A DNA stretch of 64,000 nucleotides from Congzhengia sp. (GTDB lineage: Bacteria; Bacillota; Clostridia; UBA1381; UBA9506), in assembly GCA_045545755.1 (NCBI GenBank), contig JAZQBQ010000047.1:16007-80006 (forward strand). The letters are read 5' to 3'. The number at the start of each line of letters is the position of its first letter. The stretch's first letter is position 1. Of the stretch, positions 9,965 to 20,318 are shown one piece after another. Below the pieces are notes generated by a model. That model saw only the letters and a list, made by a program, of their open reading frames with translations, did not search any database and was not told the origin of the DNA. The position numbers were made by a program, and so were the translations under genes.

Positions 9965-10930
9965 TCACATTGCGAAGGCACATTTCCATTTCTCATAGTC
10001 AGCAAGATATTCTCTTTCGATTGTATTTGCTATCGTAGTGAGAGTCCTTGTTTTGGTAACTGTGTATTTCTTCGTTTTTTCCTTGCGTTCTATTGACCTT
10101 GCAATAAACTCAGAGAAGTCAACCGGTAAACCAGCTCGTTCTCTTTCGTATGCACGATAGAATATACCAGAAAGGTAAATCCTTTTGTATGAGATACGGC
10201 TTTTCTGACGACCGCTTGTTTCCTCAGTGTCGTCAGCGCCGAATTTCTTATTGATAACAGGTCGAATTGTTTTAAGGTCAACAGTTGGTGTGCGGATACC
10301 TCGCATTATCAAATTGCCGTCTGCGCGATCTCTACGCGTGATATAGTTAGGGTGTTTGTACTGAAAGTCAGTTAAATCACAGGCTTTCTTAAAATCCTCA
10401 ATACACTCTCTATATATCTCGTAGCCATGACCCTCGAAATTGATACGAAGGTTTTTCAGATCCACGCAGTCTGCGGTTACTCTTATCGCGTCTTTATCAT
10501 CAAGACCCGCAAACGCCATCCACAGGAAAACTCGATAAGTGATATCAATTGTTTCTTCCTCCACTGGCTCAAAAAACTCGTCAAGTTTCGCTTTGAGATG
10601 GAGGGGAGATGCCACCATTTGATTTTGTATCTTGTCAATGGTGTTGATTCTGACATCAAAGATACCTCTACTAACCTCGTACCCGTTGCGCCCACACCAC
10701 TTCACATATTCCTTTAATATAATAAGGATAAGCTCGGTGCTTTTGCTGCGGACACCCGTCAGCTCATTGACCACAGGTTGCAGTTTTTCCGCACTCTGTT
10801 GGGAAAGATCTAAACCCCAGTCTTCCTCATAAGGTTCAAACCAAGAGAAAATCTGGACAATCTTCGCCATAGTCTTGTCGCTGTTCGTGTGTGATTCAAT
10901 AAAGGCTCTTTTTTGGTTTTCGTTATACAT
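9965..10930 (-). CDS. Tyrosine-recombinase-fold regulator, MrpR/YopR-like repressor
   Basis: MYNENQKRAFI start, N-terminal SAM-like region, LWMAFAGL and RIYLSGIF; the HxxR catalytic motif is absent. Confidence 0.6.
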   Translation of the reverse strand: MYNENQKRAFIESHTNSDKTMAKIVQIFSWFEPYEEDWGLDLSQQSAEKLQPVVNELTGVRSKSTELILIILKEYVKWCGRNGYEVSRGIFDVRINTIDKIQNQMVASPLHLKAKLDEFFEPVEEETIDITYRVFLWMAFAGLDDKDAIRVTADCVDLKNLRINFEGHGYEIYRECIEDFKKACDLTDFQYKHPNYITRRDRADGNLIMRGIRTPTVDLKTIRPVINKKFGADDTEETSGRQKSRISYKRIYLSGIFYRAYERERAGLPVDFSEFIARSIERKEKTKKYTVTKTRTLTTIANTIEREYLADYEKWKCAFAM

Positions 10931-10944
10931 ACAAACACTTCCCC

Positions 10945-11376
10945 CTATGCAACACAGTTCATCTGAACTGCTTTTTCCCATACTAAAATTAGTGAGTCTT
11001 TATCTATAAAGGAGATTGCAGAGGTTGCAATAAGGTTAGCAATCGCAATTTCCTTCATATAACTTTGGGGTAGTGTTGTAATGAACTTGCCCACTTTCTC
11101 CTTGGACATCTTCTCAGGGTTCTCGCAAATAACCATACTATCGCGTCTTAGACCCGTATCGACAGACTTCACCAATACATGAGTAGGCATATACAACTTC
11201 TTGAGCGACGATGTTAACGGCAGAGCAATGATATTCGGGCTGTTAACATTGCCGATATTATTCTGGAACACAACTCCCGGACGCCAGCCAGACTGCTCCG
11301 AGCCGGTTCCGCTAAAGTACATATTATATACTTCCCCTATACGGGGAGTTCTCTCTTCAACCTGTGTATTATACAC
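10945..11376 (-). CDS. PemK/MazF-family endoribonuclease
   Basis: GEVY..GSEQSGWRPGVVFQNNIGN..SPNIIALPLTS..PTHV. Confidence 0.88.
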   Translation of the reverse strand: MYNTQVEERTPRIGEVYNMYFSGTGSEQSGWRPGVVFQNNIGNVNSPNIIALPLTSSLKKLYMPTHVLVKSVDTGLRRDSMVICENPEKMSKEKVGKFITTLPQSYMKEIAIANLIATSAISFIDKDSLILVWEKAVQMNCVA

Positions 11377-11397
11377 GCTTCAAACCTCGCTTCTAAA

Positions 11398-11468
11398 CTT
11401 TATAATTGTGTTGATGTATGTATAATAACATAAAAAGTGAGGTTTGTCAATACTATTATAAAGAATAA
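11398..11468 (-). promoter_or_regulatory. SigA-like promoter of the mazF/mrpR-like genes, flanked by two inverted copies of the 22-bp motif
   Basis: Minus-strand TTGACA (11450-11445), 17 nt spacer, TATTAT; motif copies at 11447-11468 (+) and 11398-11414 (-). Confidence 0.6.
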
Positions 11469-11490
11469 TTGCGAAATTTTTGAAAAATTT

Positions 11491-11805
11491 TTAGATTTGA
11501 GCGATTTTCACGGTTGTTTCGAGTGATTTGAGCCTTCCACAAACGATTTCATAGGTCACTTTGCCGTCTTCGGCAATCGTTCTGATAATCTTTTGTATCT
11601 GGCTAATGGTAATGTAATTATCTCCACTTGCCAAAAGGATGGACTCCGGGCAAGTATCTGTGACAACAATTTTGTCGGTTTTATAATGTACATGAACCGG
11701 CGAAGCTCCGCAAACTCCAAGCAGAGCGTTAACATCTACTTGATATTCGCTTGCCGCTAATACATCAAGACAAAATGTGCCTATTGAAATCTCGTCTCTG
11801 TACAC
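11491..11805 (-). CDS. Hypothetical protein
   Basis: ORF with AGGAG RBS. Confidence 0.5.
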   Translation of the reverse strand: MYRDEISIGTFCLDVLAASEYQVDVNALLGVCGASPVHVHYKTDKIVVTDTCPESILLASGDNYITISQIQKIIRTIAEDGKVTYEIVCGRLKSLETTVKIAQI

Positions 11806-11830
11806 ATAAAACTCCTTCCTACTAAAAGAG

Positions 11831-11851
11831 ACACCCCAGAGCGGGGTGTCC
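11831..11851 (-). terminator. Probable rho-independent terminator
   Basis: GACACCCC/GGGGTGTC hairpin followed by a T-run on the minus strand. Confidence 0.55.
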
Positions 11852-11855
11852 TTTG

Positions 11856-12545
11856 TTACTGATGTTCGCTGATATACTCGTCTACAAAGTGGTTGAAGAT
11901 GGTGTAGTATTCGTCTGACTCGTCAAGGTATTGTGGAAACTTTTGATACCTCAAGCCTTCTTTCTTCAACAGATAATTCTTTGCAAGCGTTGTTCGTTTC
12001 AAAGATGCATTTCCTGTGGGCAACGATTGATCTAATGGAATTTCGTCCAAAGGAACGCCGAGTCTTTTTCCGAGATCCTCTCGACTCAGCTTATCAATCT
12101 CCCAAGTTTCTTGCTCACACATCCAGTTATAGCAACCCTTAATGGTTACGGTTGGTGTGTGTGCTGCATTCAATGGACTGGTAACATTATTCAAAAGGTT
12201 TTCAAAAACTCTCTGACTAATGCCGACATATCCATACTTTTGAAACTCTTGTCGTAACTCTTGAACTGTATATTTCGGTTTTGGCGGTGCCGGTTCTTTC
12301 TTTGGCTTTGAGTGTGCCCACACAAATAGACCAATAAACCACGCAATCCATATAATTGCACCAACCACCATACCAGCGACAGAATAGTTCCTTTCTGAAA
12401 CCGAAAGAATAATGCCACCAAGTACGAGTGGAATAATTGTCAAAATATAACCGCCTAAGTTCTTCCAAGAAAAGTGCATTTCACCATCTTTGAATAACCT
12501 AAACACCACATAACCGATGCCTACAAAGATCCATAAAAGTTCCAA
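11856..12545 (-). CDS. Membrane protein
   Basis: Three N-terminal TM segments and a Pro-rich linker. Confidence 0.6.
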   Translation of the reverse strand: MELLWIFVGIGYVVFRLFKDGEMHFSWKNLGGYILTIIPLVLGGIILSVSERNYSVAGMVVGAIIWIAWFIGLFVWAHSKPKKEPAPPKPKYTVQELRQEFQKYGYVGISQRVFENLLNNVTSPLNAAHTPTVTIKGCYNWMCEQETWEIDKLSREDLGKRLGVPLDEIPLDQSLPTGNASLKRTTLAKNYLLKKEGLRYQKFPQYLDESDEYYTIFNHFVDEYISEHQ

Positions 12546-12559
12546 ACGCTTACACCACC

Positions 12560-12787
12560 TTACAATGCATTGTTTATACTTTCAGATGCTCGATCAATAC
12601 TTTCCATTGCGTCTTCAAGTTCATCAATTGCATTTTCCATAGTAGTATAGCGTTCACTACCTTGCAGATTTTCTGGGTAGTTGTCAAGGTCATCTTGTTC
12701 TCGGTCTTTTACCGATGAAATTAAATGCCTTGCCATTGCCAATAGAGAATCGGCTTCTCTAAGTTTGGTACGCTTTTGCTTATTCAT
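12560..12787 (-). CDS. Hypothetical coiled-coil protein
   Basis: MNKQKR..EQDDLDNYPENLQGSERY. Confidence 0.6.
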   Translation of the reverse strand: MNKQKRTKLREADSLLAMARHLISSVKDREQDDLDNYPENLQGSERYTTMENAIDELEDAMESIDRASESINNAL

Positions 12788-12878
12788 TCCTTGCGAACAC
12801 CTCCGTAATAGAGGTATGCTTCATAAAGCCTCTTTTCCGACTTGCGCTCGCTAAGTGCAACTGATTTATAATATTATA

Positions 12879-13646
12879 TCATAAATCTTCATCATCTTCA
12901 AGCAGAACGCATACAGTCTTTTTGAATTTTCTTAGAACATTTGCGTTACTTGTGATAATTGCTGCCTTTGATGGGGGTTCTTTGATATTGTTTTTGTTCA
13001 TATACCTTGTTTGTAGGTTGCCCCAAGAACATTGCATATGGGCACACACTAATTCAAAAGTCTCGATATACCCATACGACTCGTCGTTTCTTTTAATCGC
13101 CAGAGGAGCAATTACCTTTAAGATTATTTCTTCTGGCGCGTCAGCTAAAACAACTTCTTCACCGTTCTCACTCCTTTCGATGTAATCTAACACTTCATCC
13201 TTGAAATAATCGTCAGGGAATAAACCGATAAGCAACGAGTCAAATATACTTCTTATCATATCGTCGTCGCTAATCGCTTCAAACGCAGACGGATATCGGA
13301 GCGTGTCATTGTTATATCGAAAATCTTTACGAAGTTGATCGAGAACAACTCCATAAACATTTCGTAACTGTATGTATATAGGAACGAGAACCGAATTAAA
13401 GGTCGGATAGTTTTTCTTGTCCACCTTTATCAATTCTTTAATCATTTCGGAGGCTCGCTTTCGCCACGCTTCATTAGACAACCTTTGTGGTCGTGCGGAG
13501 AAATCTCCTACGCTAATCAAATGACTTGCATACTTTTGCAAATTGATAATGGTATTATTCAATCCTGCAAGTTGTCGTAGAGCCTGCTCATACTGAGCGT
13601 TAACCTCTTCAAGTCGCTTTTTTACCAATTCTTCCGTGAGCATCAA
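12879..13646 (-). CDS. Hypothetical protein
   Basis: 255-aa ORF coupled to iscS. Confidence 0.55.
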   Translation of the reverse strand: MMLTEELVKKRLEEVNAQYEQALRQLAGLNNTIINLQKYASHLISVGDFSARPQRLSNEAWRKRASEMIKELIKVDKKNYPTFNSVLVPIYIQLRNVYGVVLDQLRKDFRYNNDTLRYPSAFEAISDDDMIRSIFDSLLIGLFPDDYFKDEVLDYIERSENGEEVVLADAPEEIILKVIAPLAIKRNDESYGYIETFELVCAHMQCSWGNLQTRYMNKNNIKEPPSKAAIITSNANVLRKFKKTVCVLLEDDEDL

Positions 13647-14803
13647 ACTTCCTCCTCTCCTATACTACTTAAAAGACTCACACAGTCAGCAACAATTTCT
13701 GCTGCTTCGTGAGCTTCGGCAACTGTGTTGTATTCAGAAAACGAAACTCTGATTGTTGATCTTGCCTGTTCATCCGTCAGACCAATCGCTTTGAGTGCGT
13801 GACTTGGCTCTGACGAATGAGAAGAACAAGCAGATCCGGCTGACACACAAACACCTCGTTCTCCGAGCATAATAACAAGAGTCTCTGCATCTATATTGTT
13901 GAAGCGAAGACTGAGAATTTTCGATGTATTGCGGTTTGTTGAAGTATTACACTCAAACTTGAAACCTAATTCCTCGCTTAACTGGAGTAATCTCCCACCA
14001 AAACCGAGGGAAACTACATCAATGCGTGTTGAAATCTGCTCTTTGTTTTCAGAAAGATTTTGCATTGCTTGCCCAAATGCAACGATGCTCGCTACATTTT
14101 CTGTTCCGGGGCGTATGCCAAACTCTTGCTGTCCGCCGAAGATTGTGTTTGAAAGGAAATCTTTATATAAAGTACATAAACAACCCACACCTTTTGGTGC
14201 GTGTATCTTGTGACCAGAGATAGACACCATATCAGCCGTCTTTCCAAGCTCAATGGTTTCTGTGCCAATAGCCTGTACGCAATCAGAGTGGAAGAGAATT
14301 TCTCTCTTTTTGCAGAACTCGTATATTGGTTTGATGTCATTCTTTGTCCCAAGTTCATTGTTTACATACATTATTGAAACTAAGCCCGTGTCATCACGGA
14401 CTGCTGCTACAAAGTCGTTGAACTGAACCAAGCCGTTTGGTACATCCAGATATGTAACCTCAAAACCTCGTCGTTCCATCTCCTTCATAGCGTTTAATAC
14501 GGAGTGGTGCTCATACTTAGTGGTGATGATGTGGTTAAGATTAAGACTTTGTAGATGATTTGCGAGACCAACAATAGCTAAAGTATTTGCTTCCGATCCA
14601 CACGATGTAAAAATAACATTCTCTTGTGAGGTAATAAGAGATGTTGCGATTTGATTTCTTGCTACATCAACAGCTCGCTTAGACTCGGCACCGAAACTAT
14701 GGACGCTTCCTGCGTTTCCGTAGTTTTCGTATAGATACTTGTCGATTAAATTTTTGACGCTGGTATCAACCTGCGTCGTCGATGCATTATCTAAATAAAT
14801 CAT
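13643..14803 (-). CDS. iscS: Cysteine desulfurase (IscS/NifS family)
   Basis: IYLDNAST, HSDCVQA, PLP lysine SGHKIHAPKGVG, RPGTENV, catalytic SAGSACSS. Confidence 0.93.
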   Translation of the reverse strand: MIYLDNASTTQVDTSVKNLIDKYLYENYGNAGSVHSFGAESKRAVDVARNQIATSLITSQENVIFTSCGSEANTLAIVGLANHLQSLNLNHIITTKYEHHSVLNAMKEMERRGFEVTYLDVPNGLVQFNDFVAAVRDDTGLVSIMYVNNELGTKNDIKPIYEFCKKREILFHSDCVQAIGTETIELGKTADMVSISGHKIHAPKGVGCLCTLYKDFLSNTIFGGQQEFGIRPGTENVASIVAFGQAMQNLSENKEQISTRIDVVSLGFGGRLLQLSEELGFKFECNTSTNRNTSKILSLRFNNIDAETLVIMLGERGVCVSAGSACSSHSSEPSHALKAIGLTDEQARSTIRVSFSEYNTVAEAHEAAEIVADCVSLLSSIGEEEV

Positions 14804-14821
14804 CTAACCACTCCTTATCGT

Positions 14822-15517
14822 TTATTTATCTGCGTTTAACTCACGCATAGCACGAAGATATGCTTCTTTCTGAATTTCGATATCAGCCTCGCGCTGTTCC
14901 GCTGCCTTACGCTCTTTCTTGCGCTGAGCCTTTTCAGCATCACGCTTAACCTTGGCAGCCTTTTCTGCTTTCTCCTTGGCAACCTCAGCCTTATGAGCTT
15001 CGATAGCCTCGTATGTCTTTACACCATACTCAACGAGCTTGTTGTAAACAGAACCACCATTACCTCTGGTCAAAGTTGACAGAAGTTTCTTGGTTAGACA
15101 GATCGCAATACCTTGTTCAACAGAGAAAGTATCGCTTTCATCAAGCACAGCTTTTTCAGTTGTGCCGTCAGAGAACTTCACCATAATAACTCTGTCGTTC
15201 AAAACCTGCACATCTTCGATTGCTGACATAAGCTCGAAATCGTTGCGTCGATTGCTATCTTTATATGTTGCAACCCTTACAGCTTTACGGGGAACATCAG
15301 AGCCCCACGCAGCCTGTTCGTCAACATACAGATATGTGCTTGTTTCTTTTGGCATTTTCGCGGGTGATTTCACACAATGTAGGTGCATACCACCACAGCG
15401 ATGAATCGTGGCACCATTGAGAACTTGATATGGATAGCAAGATGCCATCATACGCCTCAAATCTTCCATCTGTTTGTCACAATGTTCGTTTGTCATAACT
15501 ACTTTGCATTCTTCCAT
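14822..15517 (-). CDS. Hypothetical protein
   Basis: 231-aa ORF with a charged coiled-coil C-terminus. Confidence 0.55.
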   Translation of the reverse strand: MEECKVVMTNEHCDKQMEDLRRMMASCYPYQVLNGATIHRCGGMHLHCVKSPAKMPKETSTYLYVDEQAAWGSDVPRKAVRVATYKDSNRRNDFELMSAIEDVQVLNDRVIMVKFSDGTTEKAVLDESDTFSVEQGIAICLTKKLLSTLTRGNGGSVYNKLVEYGVKTYEAIEAHKAEVAKEKAEKAAKVKRDAEKAQRKKERKAAEQREADIEIQKEAYLRAMRELNADK

Positions 15518-15519
15518 AG

Positions 15520-16266
15520 TTAGCTCTCCTTATATTCAAATACAGGCATAAGTTCAAGTTTGAACTTGTTTTTCTCGTGAAGATAATCAATTCGGGCTTT
15601 AACCTCGGCATCTTCACATACACCCTCGCGGATATATCTGTCGAGAGCTTCATAAGTAAAGCCCAAATTGTCTTCGTCGGTCTTTTGACACAAACCATCA
15701 GCAGGAACTTTCTCAACCAAATTCATTGGCAAGTTCAATTCCTTGCCGATAGCCTTAACCTCTTGTACCGTCAAGCGGGACAGGGGGGACATATCGCCAA
15801 CACTATCACCGTATCGGGTTGAATAACCAACCCAGTCCTCAGATAGATTGCAAGTATTGATTACTCGACCATTCATTGATTGTGAAACTGCGTACAGAAC
15901 AGCCATACGAATTCTTGGTGGTAAATTCATAGTAGTCTGTGCAGAAACTTCAATTCCTTCGTGTTCAAGCTGATTATGAATACCAGCAACGGCAACTGAG
16001 ATCGGAACGGTGAAATTTTTGATACCAAGATGATTGACGAGCTGATAACTGTCGTCAATATCATCTTGCTTTAAGTTAGGCATCAGAACACCGATAACTC
16101 GGTCTTTTCCAAGTGCCTCTACACACAGCGCAGCACAAACTGAACTGTCTTTGCCACCAGAAATTCCAATGATGGCATTACAACCTTTGCCGTTTTCTTC
16201 AAACCAATCACGAATCCACGCAATCAGTTTGTTCTTTGTATCCTTTGCGTCAAATGTATATCCCAT
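15520..16266 (-). CDS. nadE: NH3-dependent NAD+ synthetase
   Basis: IGISGGKDSSV, NLPPRIRM, GYSTRYGD, PADGL..TDEDNLG; start likely MGYTF just after the flotillin stop. Confidence 0.92.
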   Translation of the reverse strand: MGYTFDAKDTKNKLIAWIRDWFEENGKGCNAIIGISGGKDSSVCAALCVEALGKDRVIGVLMPNLKQDDIDDSYQLVNHLGIKNFTVPISVAVAGIHNQLEHEGIEVSAQTTMNLPPRIRMAVLYAVSQSMNGRVINTCNLSEDWVGYSTRYGDSVGDMSPLSRLTVQEVKAIGKELNLPMNLVEKVPADGLCQKTDEDNLGFTYEALDRYIREGVCEDAEVKARIDYLHEKNKFKLELMPVFEYKES

Positions 16267-16267
16267 A

Positions 16268-17821
16268 TTACTCCTCGTCGTAAGCTTCGCAGTCACAGTC
16301 GCAATTACAATTGCCGCGAGGCATTGCAAGGCGACCGCCAAGGAAACCAGAGAGGATAGAAGAAATATCGAATCCTGTGGACTCCTTAATACCGTCAGAA
16401 ACCTGTGTGATTGAATTCATAATGTTGCCGGCAAGCTGTGCGGAATCACCGCCAAACATCTTGATAGACTCGACATTTGCGTAACCCTGACCAATTGCTT
16501 CAGCAATCTTAGGCAACTGTTCAAAGTAAACCTTGATTGTGTCAAGTTCCATCTGCTGTCTTGCAGCATCGCCGTATTCTTTCATAGCTTCGGCTTTCTT
16601 CAAAATACCAGCGGCTTCAGCCTCCGCCTTTGCCTGAATAGCCTCAGCTTCTGCACGACCCTTAGCAGCAACTGCTTCAGCTTCTGCTAAACCAGCAGCC
16701 TTAACAGCCTCAGCTTCCTGTTCGGCAGCATACTTTTCAGCTTCTGCCTGAGCTTTCTTAGCCGCAGCATCCTGCTCAGCCTCGAACTTATCAGCTTCTG
16801 CACACTTCTTACGCTCGTAAAGGTCTGCTTCGGCTTTCTTCTGACGCTCATACTGATCTGCGTCGGCTTTCTGCTGAATTGCATACTTCTCAGCTTCAGC
16901 CTTTTTCTTAATGGTTGCTTCAAGGGTTTTCTCTTCGATGTAAACCGCACGCTCTTTCAACTCAAGCTCTTTTTCCTGACGAGCCAAGTTAGCATTAGCG
17001 GTTGTGATCTCAATGGTGCGACGCTGTTCCTCTTCCTGAATCTTGTAAGCCGCGTCAGCTTCAGCGTTCTTAACATCAGCGTCTTTCTTCAACTCAGCAC
17101 GCTTGATATCAAGTTCATTCTGCTTGATAGCGATTTCAGACTCAGCCTGAACTCTTGCATCGTTGGCTTCCTTAGCAGCCTTAGCCTGTGCAATTTCAAC
17201 TTCCTTATCTGCATTTGCCTTTGCAATAGCAGCATCTTTCTTGATCTGGGAAATGTTGTCGATACCCAAATCTTCAATAACGCGGTTTTCATCAGAGAAA
17301 CGCTGAACATTGAAGCTTACAAGCTCAATACCCATACGCTGAAGGTCGGGGATAACATTCTCAGATACCTTTTCAACGAATGTTTTTCTGTCACCGATAA
17401 GCTCACGAAGCTTCATCGTACAGATGATCTCACGAATATTACCTTCAAGAACCTCAGCAACAATGCTACCAATTTCGCTGGTTGTCTTGTTTAAGAAGTT
17501 TTGTGCTGCAATATTGATGGAGTCGGGGTCAGGACTCAACTTAACATTGACTGCCGAATCAACAAAGATATTGATGCAGTCAGCAGTAGGCACAGAGTCA
17601 CCAGTCTTAATATCCAGAGGGATAAGTTTCAAGGACAGTCTGTCAACTCGTTCAAAGAACGGAATCTTAAAACCTGCTTTACCGATTAGCACCTTGGGCT
17701 TCTTGCGGATACCAGAAATAATCAACGCTGTGTCGGGTGGAGCCTTAATATATCCGGCAACCACGAAAATAATAGCGAATAACGCTACGACGCCAACAGG
17801 CAACAAAACAAATAAATTCAT
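16268..17821 (-). CDS. Flotillin/SPFH-domain membrane protein
   Basis: N-terminal TM, SPFH domain (EVLEGNIREII), long AEA-rich coiled coil. Confidence 0.9.
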   Translation of the reverse strand: MNLFVLLPVGVVALFAIIFVVAGYIKAPPDTALIISGIRKKPKVLIGKAGFKIPFFERVDRLSLKLIPLDIKTGDSVPTADCINIFVDSAVNVKLSPDPDSINIAAQNFLNKTTSEIGSIVAEVLEGNIREIICTMKLRELIGDRKTFVEKVSENVIPDLQRMGIELVSFNVQRFSDENRVIEDLGIDNISQIKKDAAIAKANADKEVEIAQAKAAKEANDARVQAESEIAIKQNELDIKRAELKKDADVKNAEADAAYKIQEEEQRRTIEITTANANLARQEKELELKERAVYIEEKTLEATIKKKAEAEKYAIQQKADADQYERQKKAEADLYERKKCAEADKFEAEQDAAAKKAQAEAEKYAAEQEAEAVKAAGLAEAEAVAAKGRAEAEAIQAKAEAEAAGILKKAEAMKEYGDAARQQMELDTIKVYFEQLPKIAEAIGQGYANVESIKMFGGDSAQLAGNIMNSITQVSDGIKESTGFDISSILSGFLGGRLAMPRGNCNCDCDCEAYDEE

Positions 17822-18009
17822 TTTACATTCTCCTCTTTGGGTATTTGTATTTCGATTTTCCCAGCGCTACCGAGGATAGCGTTTTCTTCTGGGGTTAGTC
17901 CGAGTTCTTCATATACCTCGTCCTCGTCAAATGTATGTAGGAAAATCCAACAATGCATTTTCCTTGCGATTTCTAAAAGCCTCTCGTATTCCATACTTAG
18001 CCTCCGCAA
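17818..18009 (-). CDS. Hypothetical protein
   Basis: Small ORF bridging the macrodomain and flotillin genes. Confidence 0.45.
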   Translation of the reverse strand: MRRLSMEYERLLEIARKMHCWIFLHTFDEDEVYEELGLTPEENAILGSAGKIEIQIPKEENVK

Positions 18010-18458
18010 TATTCATACAATGTAACATCGCAGTCGGTTAGAGTATCTTCGATCATCTTGGAAACCACAGACCAATCTCCGCCACCTCTATGGCAAGCCA
18101 TAAGATACGGAATTGCCACGGTATGACCTGCAAATTGCTTGTTTACCGCCTCAAGACACTGTTTTAATGCCTCATAACTGGTATAGCAGTTGCCGTCATA
18201 TCCGAACTTGTCCTGTGCAAACAGATTGACAATGGCTTGTTTGCCTGTGTCATCTGTGTACACAGTTTGAATTTGACCTAACAAACCGGGCTTCAGGCTG
18301 GGATCGTTGCACCAAGATTTGTAGTACTCAAATACAATCGGGTATTTTTCTCTTACTTGTTTGGCAACACCGCTACCCATAACACCTTGGCAATTTACCT
18401 GATGTAAGATAACCTGTGCGCCACTTTCAAAAATGTCACCTTTGATATGTTTTAACAT
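17997..18458 (-). CDS. Macrodomain (ADP-ribose processing) protein
   Basis: KGDIF..HQVNCQGVMGSGVAKQ..NLFAQ..ACHRGGGDW. Confidence 0.9.
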   Translation of the reverse strand: MLKHIKGDIFESGAQVILHQVNCQGVMGSGVAKQVREKYPIVFEYYKSWCNDPSLKPGLLGQIQTVYTDDTGKQAIVNLFAQDKFGYDGNCYTSYEALKQCLEAVNKQFAGHTVAIPYLMACHRGGGDWSVVSKMIEDTLTDCDVTLYEYCGG

Positions 18459-18479
18459 TCACATATACCTCGCTTTTGC

Positions 18480-18977
18480 TTAACAGAACCGAATTTCGAG
18501 TGCGGTAATTTCGCCATTTTGTTTGTATGCATAAACGCCATAACAACCGTCGCCATTACCAGAACTGCTAAAGAAACCCTCGTCTTTAATCCAAGCATCG
18601 CCCTCACGGATAGACTCGCAAAATTCTGTCCACTGCTCGTCTGTGTAGTCGGGCTTGTTCATAAAGAACCCAGCCAAACCAGCATCTACGCCAATCGAAC
18701 CAATCTCTTCCATCTGTTTTTGAGGTGGAATAATTCCATCGAGGTAAATACCGATAATTCCAACGATTTGATACTTATGTTCTTCGCCCTCATACTCATA
18801 TTTTTCAGTCTGTTTCCAAACTCTACATTCGTATGTACCTGCTTTCACAGTGGCGTTCATACGACACCACACATCTTTGTCATAGCAAGGATCTGTAATG
18901 TCAATCAAACCTTCAAAATGTTTTCTTCCAATTAGTTTCTTTCGCATATCACGCACTCCATTCGTTTTCCATACCAT
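18480..18977 (-). CDS. Hypothetical protein (DUF4241-like)
   Basis: ITDPCY, IGVDAGLAGFF, SSGNGDGCYGV. Confidence 0.55.
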   Translation of the reverse strand: MVWKTNGVRDMRKKLIGRKHFEGLIDITDPCYDKDVWCRMNATVKAGTYECRVWKQTEKYEYEGEEHKYQIVGIIGIYLDGIIPPQKQMEEIGSIGVDAGLAGFFMNKPDYTDEQWTEFCESIREGDAWIKDEGFFSSSGNGDGCYGVYAYKQNGEITALEIRFC

Positions 18978-19608
18978 CCAGAATTTGCATACTCTTGGCG
19001 ATGTTTACGATGCATCCGTCAAGGCTAATGCTCTGACCGGTCGTACATCTACCCCAATATGATTTGCCCCAAGACTCAATGACTACACAGCCTTGTTCCT
19101 TGAGTTTTTCTCCAAACCAATTGGTAACAGCCCACCATTCGTAGATTTCTTCTGGCTTAGTATCAAGATTTTCGTGTTCATCTTCGCTGATAACCTTATC
19201 GCAGTTTTGACACCTATATACGGTTGCATCTTCGCCACAACATTTGCGTGCTTCAGCAATTGTCTTATGCCAATACCCACAAACAGGGCAGAGAAATCCG
19301 TCTTCCATCTCGTCGGTTTCGTTATTCAAACCTTCACCAGTTGCGAAAGCATCGTCTTTCAACTCGGCAACCGTAAGTTCTTCAAAACCATACGAAGACT
19401 CACACTCGGAGCAATAAGGAACCATCATCTTATCGTAATCGCTTTCTTCAAACGGATTATCATCATCGTTGAATGGAATTCTGGAAAGCATATATTCCAC
19501 TTCCGAAGTCATACAACAATAGACCTCACGATTGACAAGCATATCAATAATCCTTTGGTTCTTTGCACTCCACGAATCATATTTAACACCGTTTACTTCA
19601 TAACTCAC
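18949..19608 (-). CDS. Zn-ribbon-containing hypothetical protein
   Basis: Several CxxC pairs; EWWAV..YWGRCTTGQ. Confidence 0.55.
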   Translation of the reverse strand: MSYEVNGVKYDSWSAKNQRIIDMLVNREVYCCMTSEVEYMLSRIPFNDDDNPFEESDYDKMMVPYCSECESSYGFEELTVAELKDDAFATGEGLNNETDEMEDGFLCPVCGYWHKTIAEARKCCGEDATVYRCQNCDKVISEDEHENLDTKPEEIYEWWAVTNWFGEKLKEQGCVVIESWGKSYWGRCTTGQSISLDGCIVNIAKSMQILDGMENEWSA

Positions 19609-20090
19609 GAGCTACACATCCTTTCGTTTTCAAACTTTTCGTGCAGTCTTTGTGCTTTACAAAGTTCGTTGAGACCAAAACCGATGTTGGGATCACATTC
19701 AACCAAACGGTCGATTAAATCGCCCATATCGGTATCGTCGTCAAAGATTAAGAAGTTTGTAATTTCGGGGTGGTCAGTTAAATATTTCTGAATTTCTGCG
19801 CCACGATTTTCTCCGCTAAGACACGGTGTTCGACCTAAGATTTCAATACCGTTACGCAAACCACCGTTAATCAAACATTCTTTGTAATTGTCGTCTAAGC
19901 GCCAAGTGCTTGACACAACAATTGAGTAATTGAATTTTTGACAAAATTCAGATACCCATTGAACACATTGAAAATTGTTCACTTTGTTATCCTGCGGAAA
20001 TCCAAAAGAACATCTTGTTCCGTCGGCATTCCACATAGGTGTATTCACAACACCATCGTAGTCAAGAAATACTACATTCAATCTAACCAC
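19605..20090 (-). CDS. HAD-superfamily protein (HAD_SAK_2-like)
   Basis: FLDYDGVVN, IVVSSTWR, RGAEI, FLIFDDDTDM. Confidence 0.8.
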   Translation of the reverse strand: MVRLNVVFLDYDGVVNTPMWNADGTRCSFGFPQDNKVNNFQCVQWVSEFCQKFNYSIVVSSTWRLDDNYKECLINGGLRNGIEILGRTPCLSGENRGAEIQKYLTDHPEITNFLIFDDDTDMGDLIDRLVECDPNIGFGLNELCKAQRLHEKFENERMCSS

Positions 20091-20097
20091 TCCTCTC

Positions 20098-20298
20098 TTA
20101 CTTTACATACTTTTCGTATCCATTTTCGATGAACCATTGTGGATCTTTCTCAAGAAAGTTAATTCCGCAATATGGCTTCCAGTCTGGATGTTTAGAGTTT
20201 ACTTCCTGACGCTTATACAACGCCTTGTAACTCCATTTGTCGTAGGTAAAAACCGCCACTACAATTATTGCAATAGCAATTACAAACGCTATTTTCAT
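20098..20298 (-). CDS. Small membrane protein
   Basis: N-terminal hydrophobic helix. Confidence 0.45.
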   Translation of the reverse strand: MKIAFVIAIAIIVVAVFTYDKWSYKALYKRQEVNSKHPDWKPYCGINFLEKDPQWFIENGYEKYVK

Positions 20299-20318
20299 CA
20301 GAAACTACCTCCGAATAA

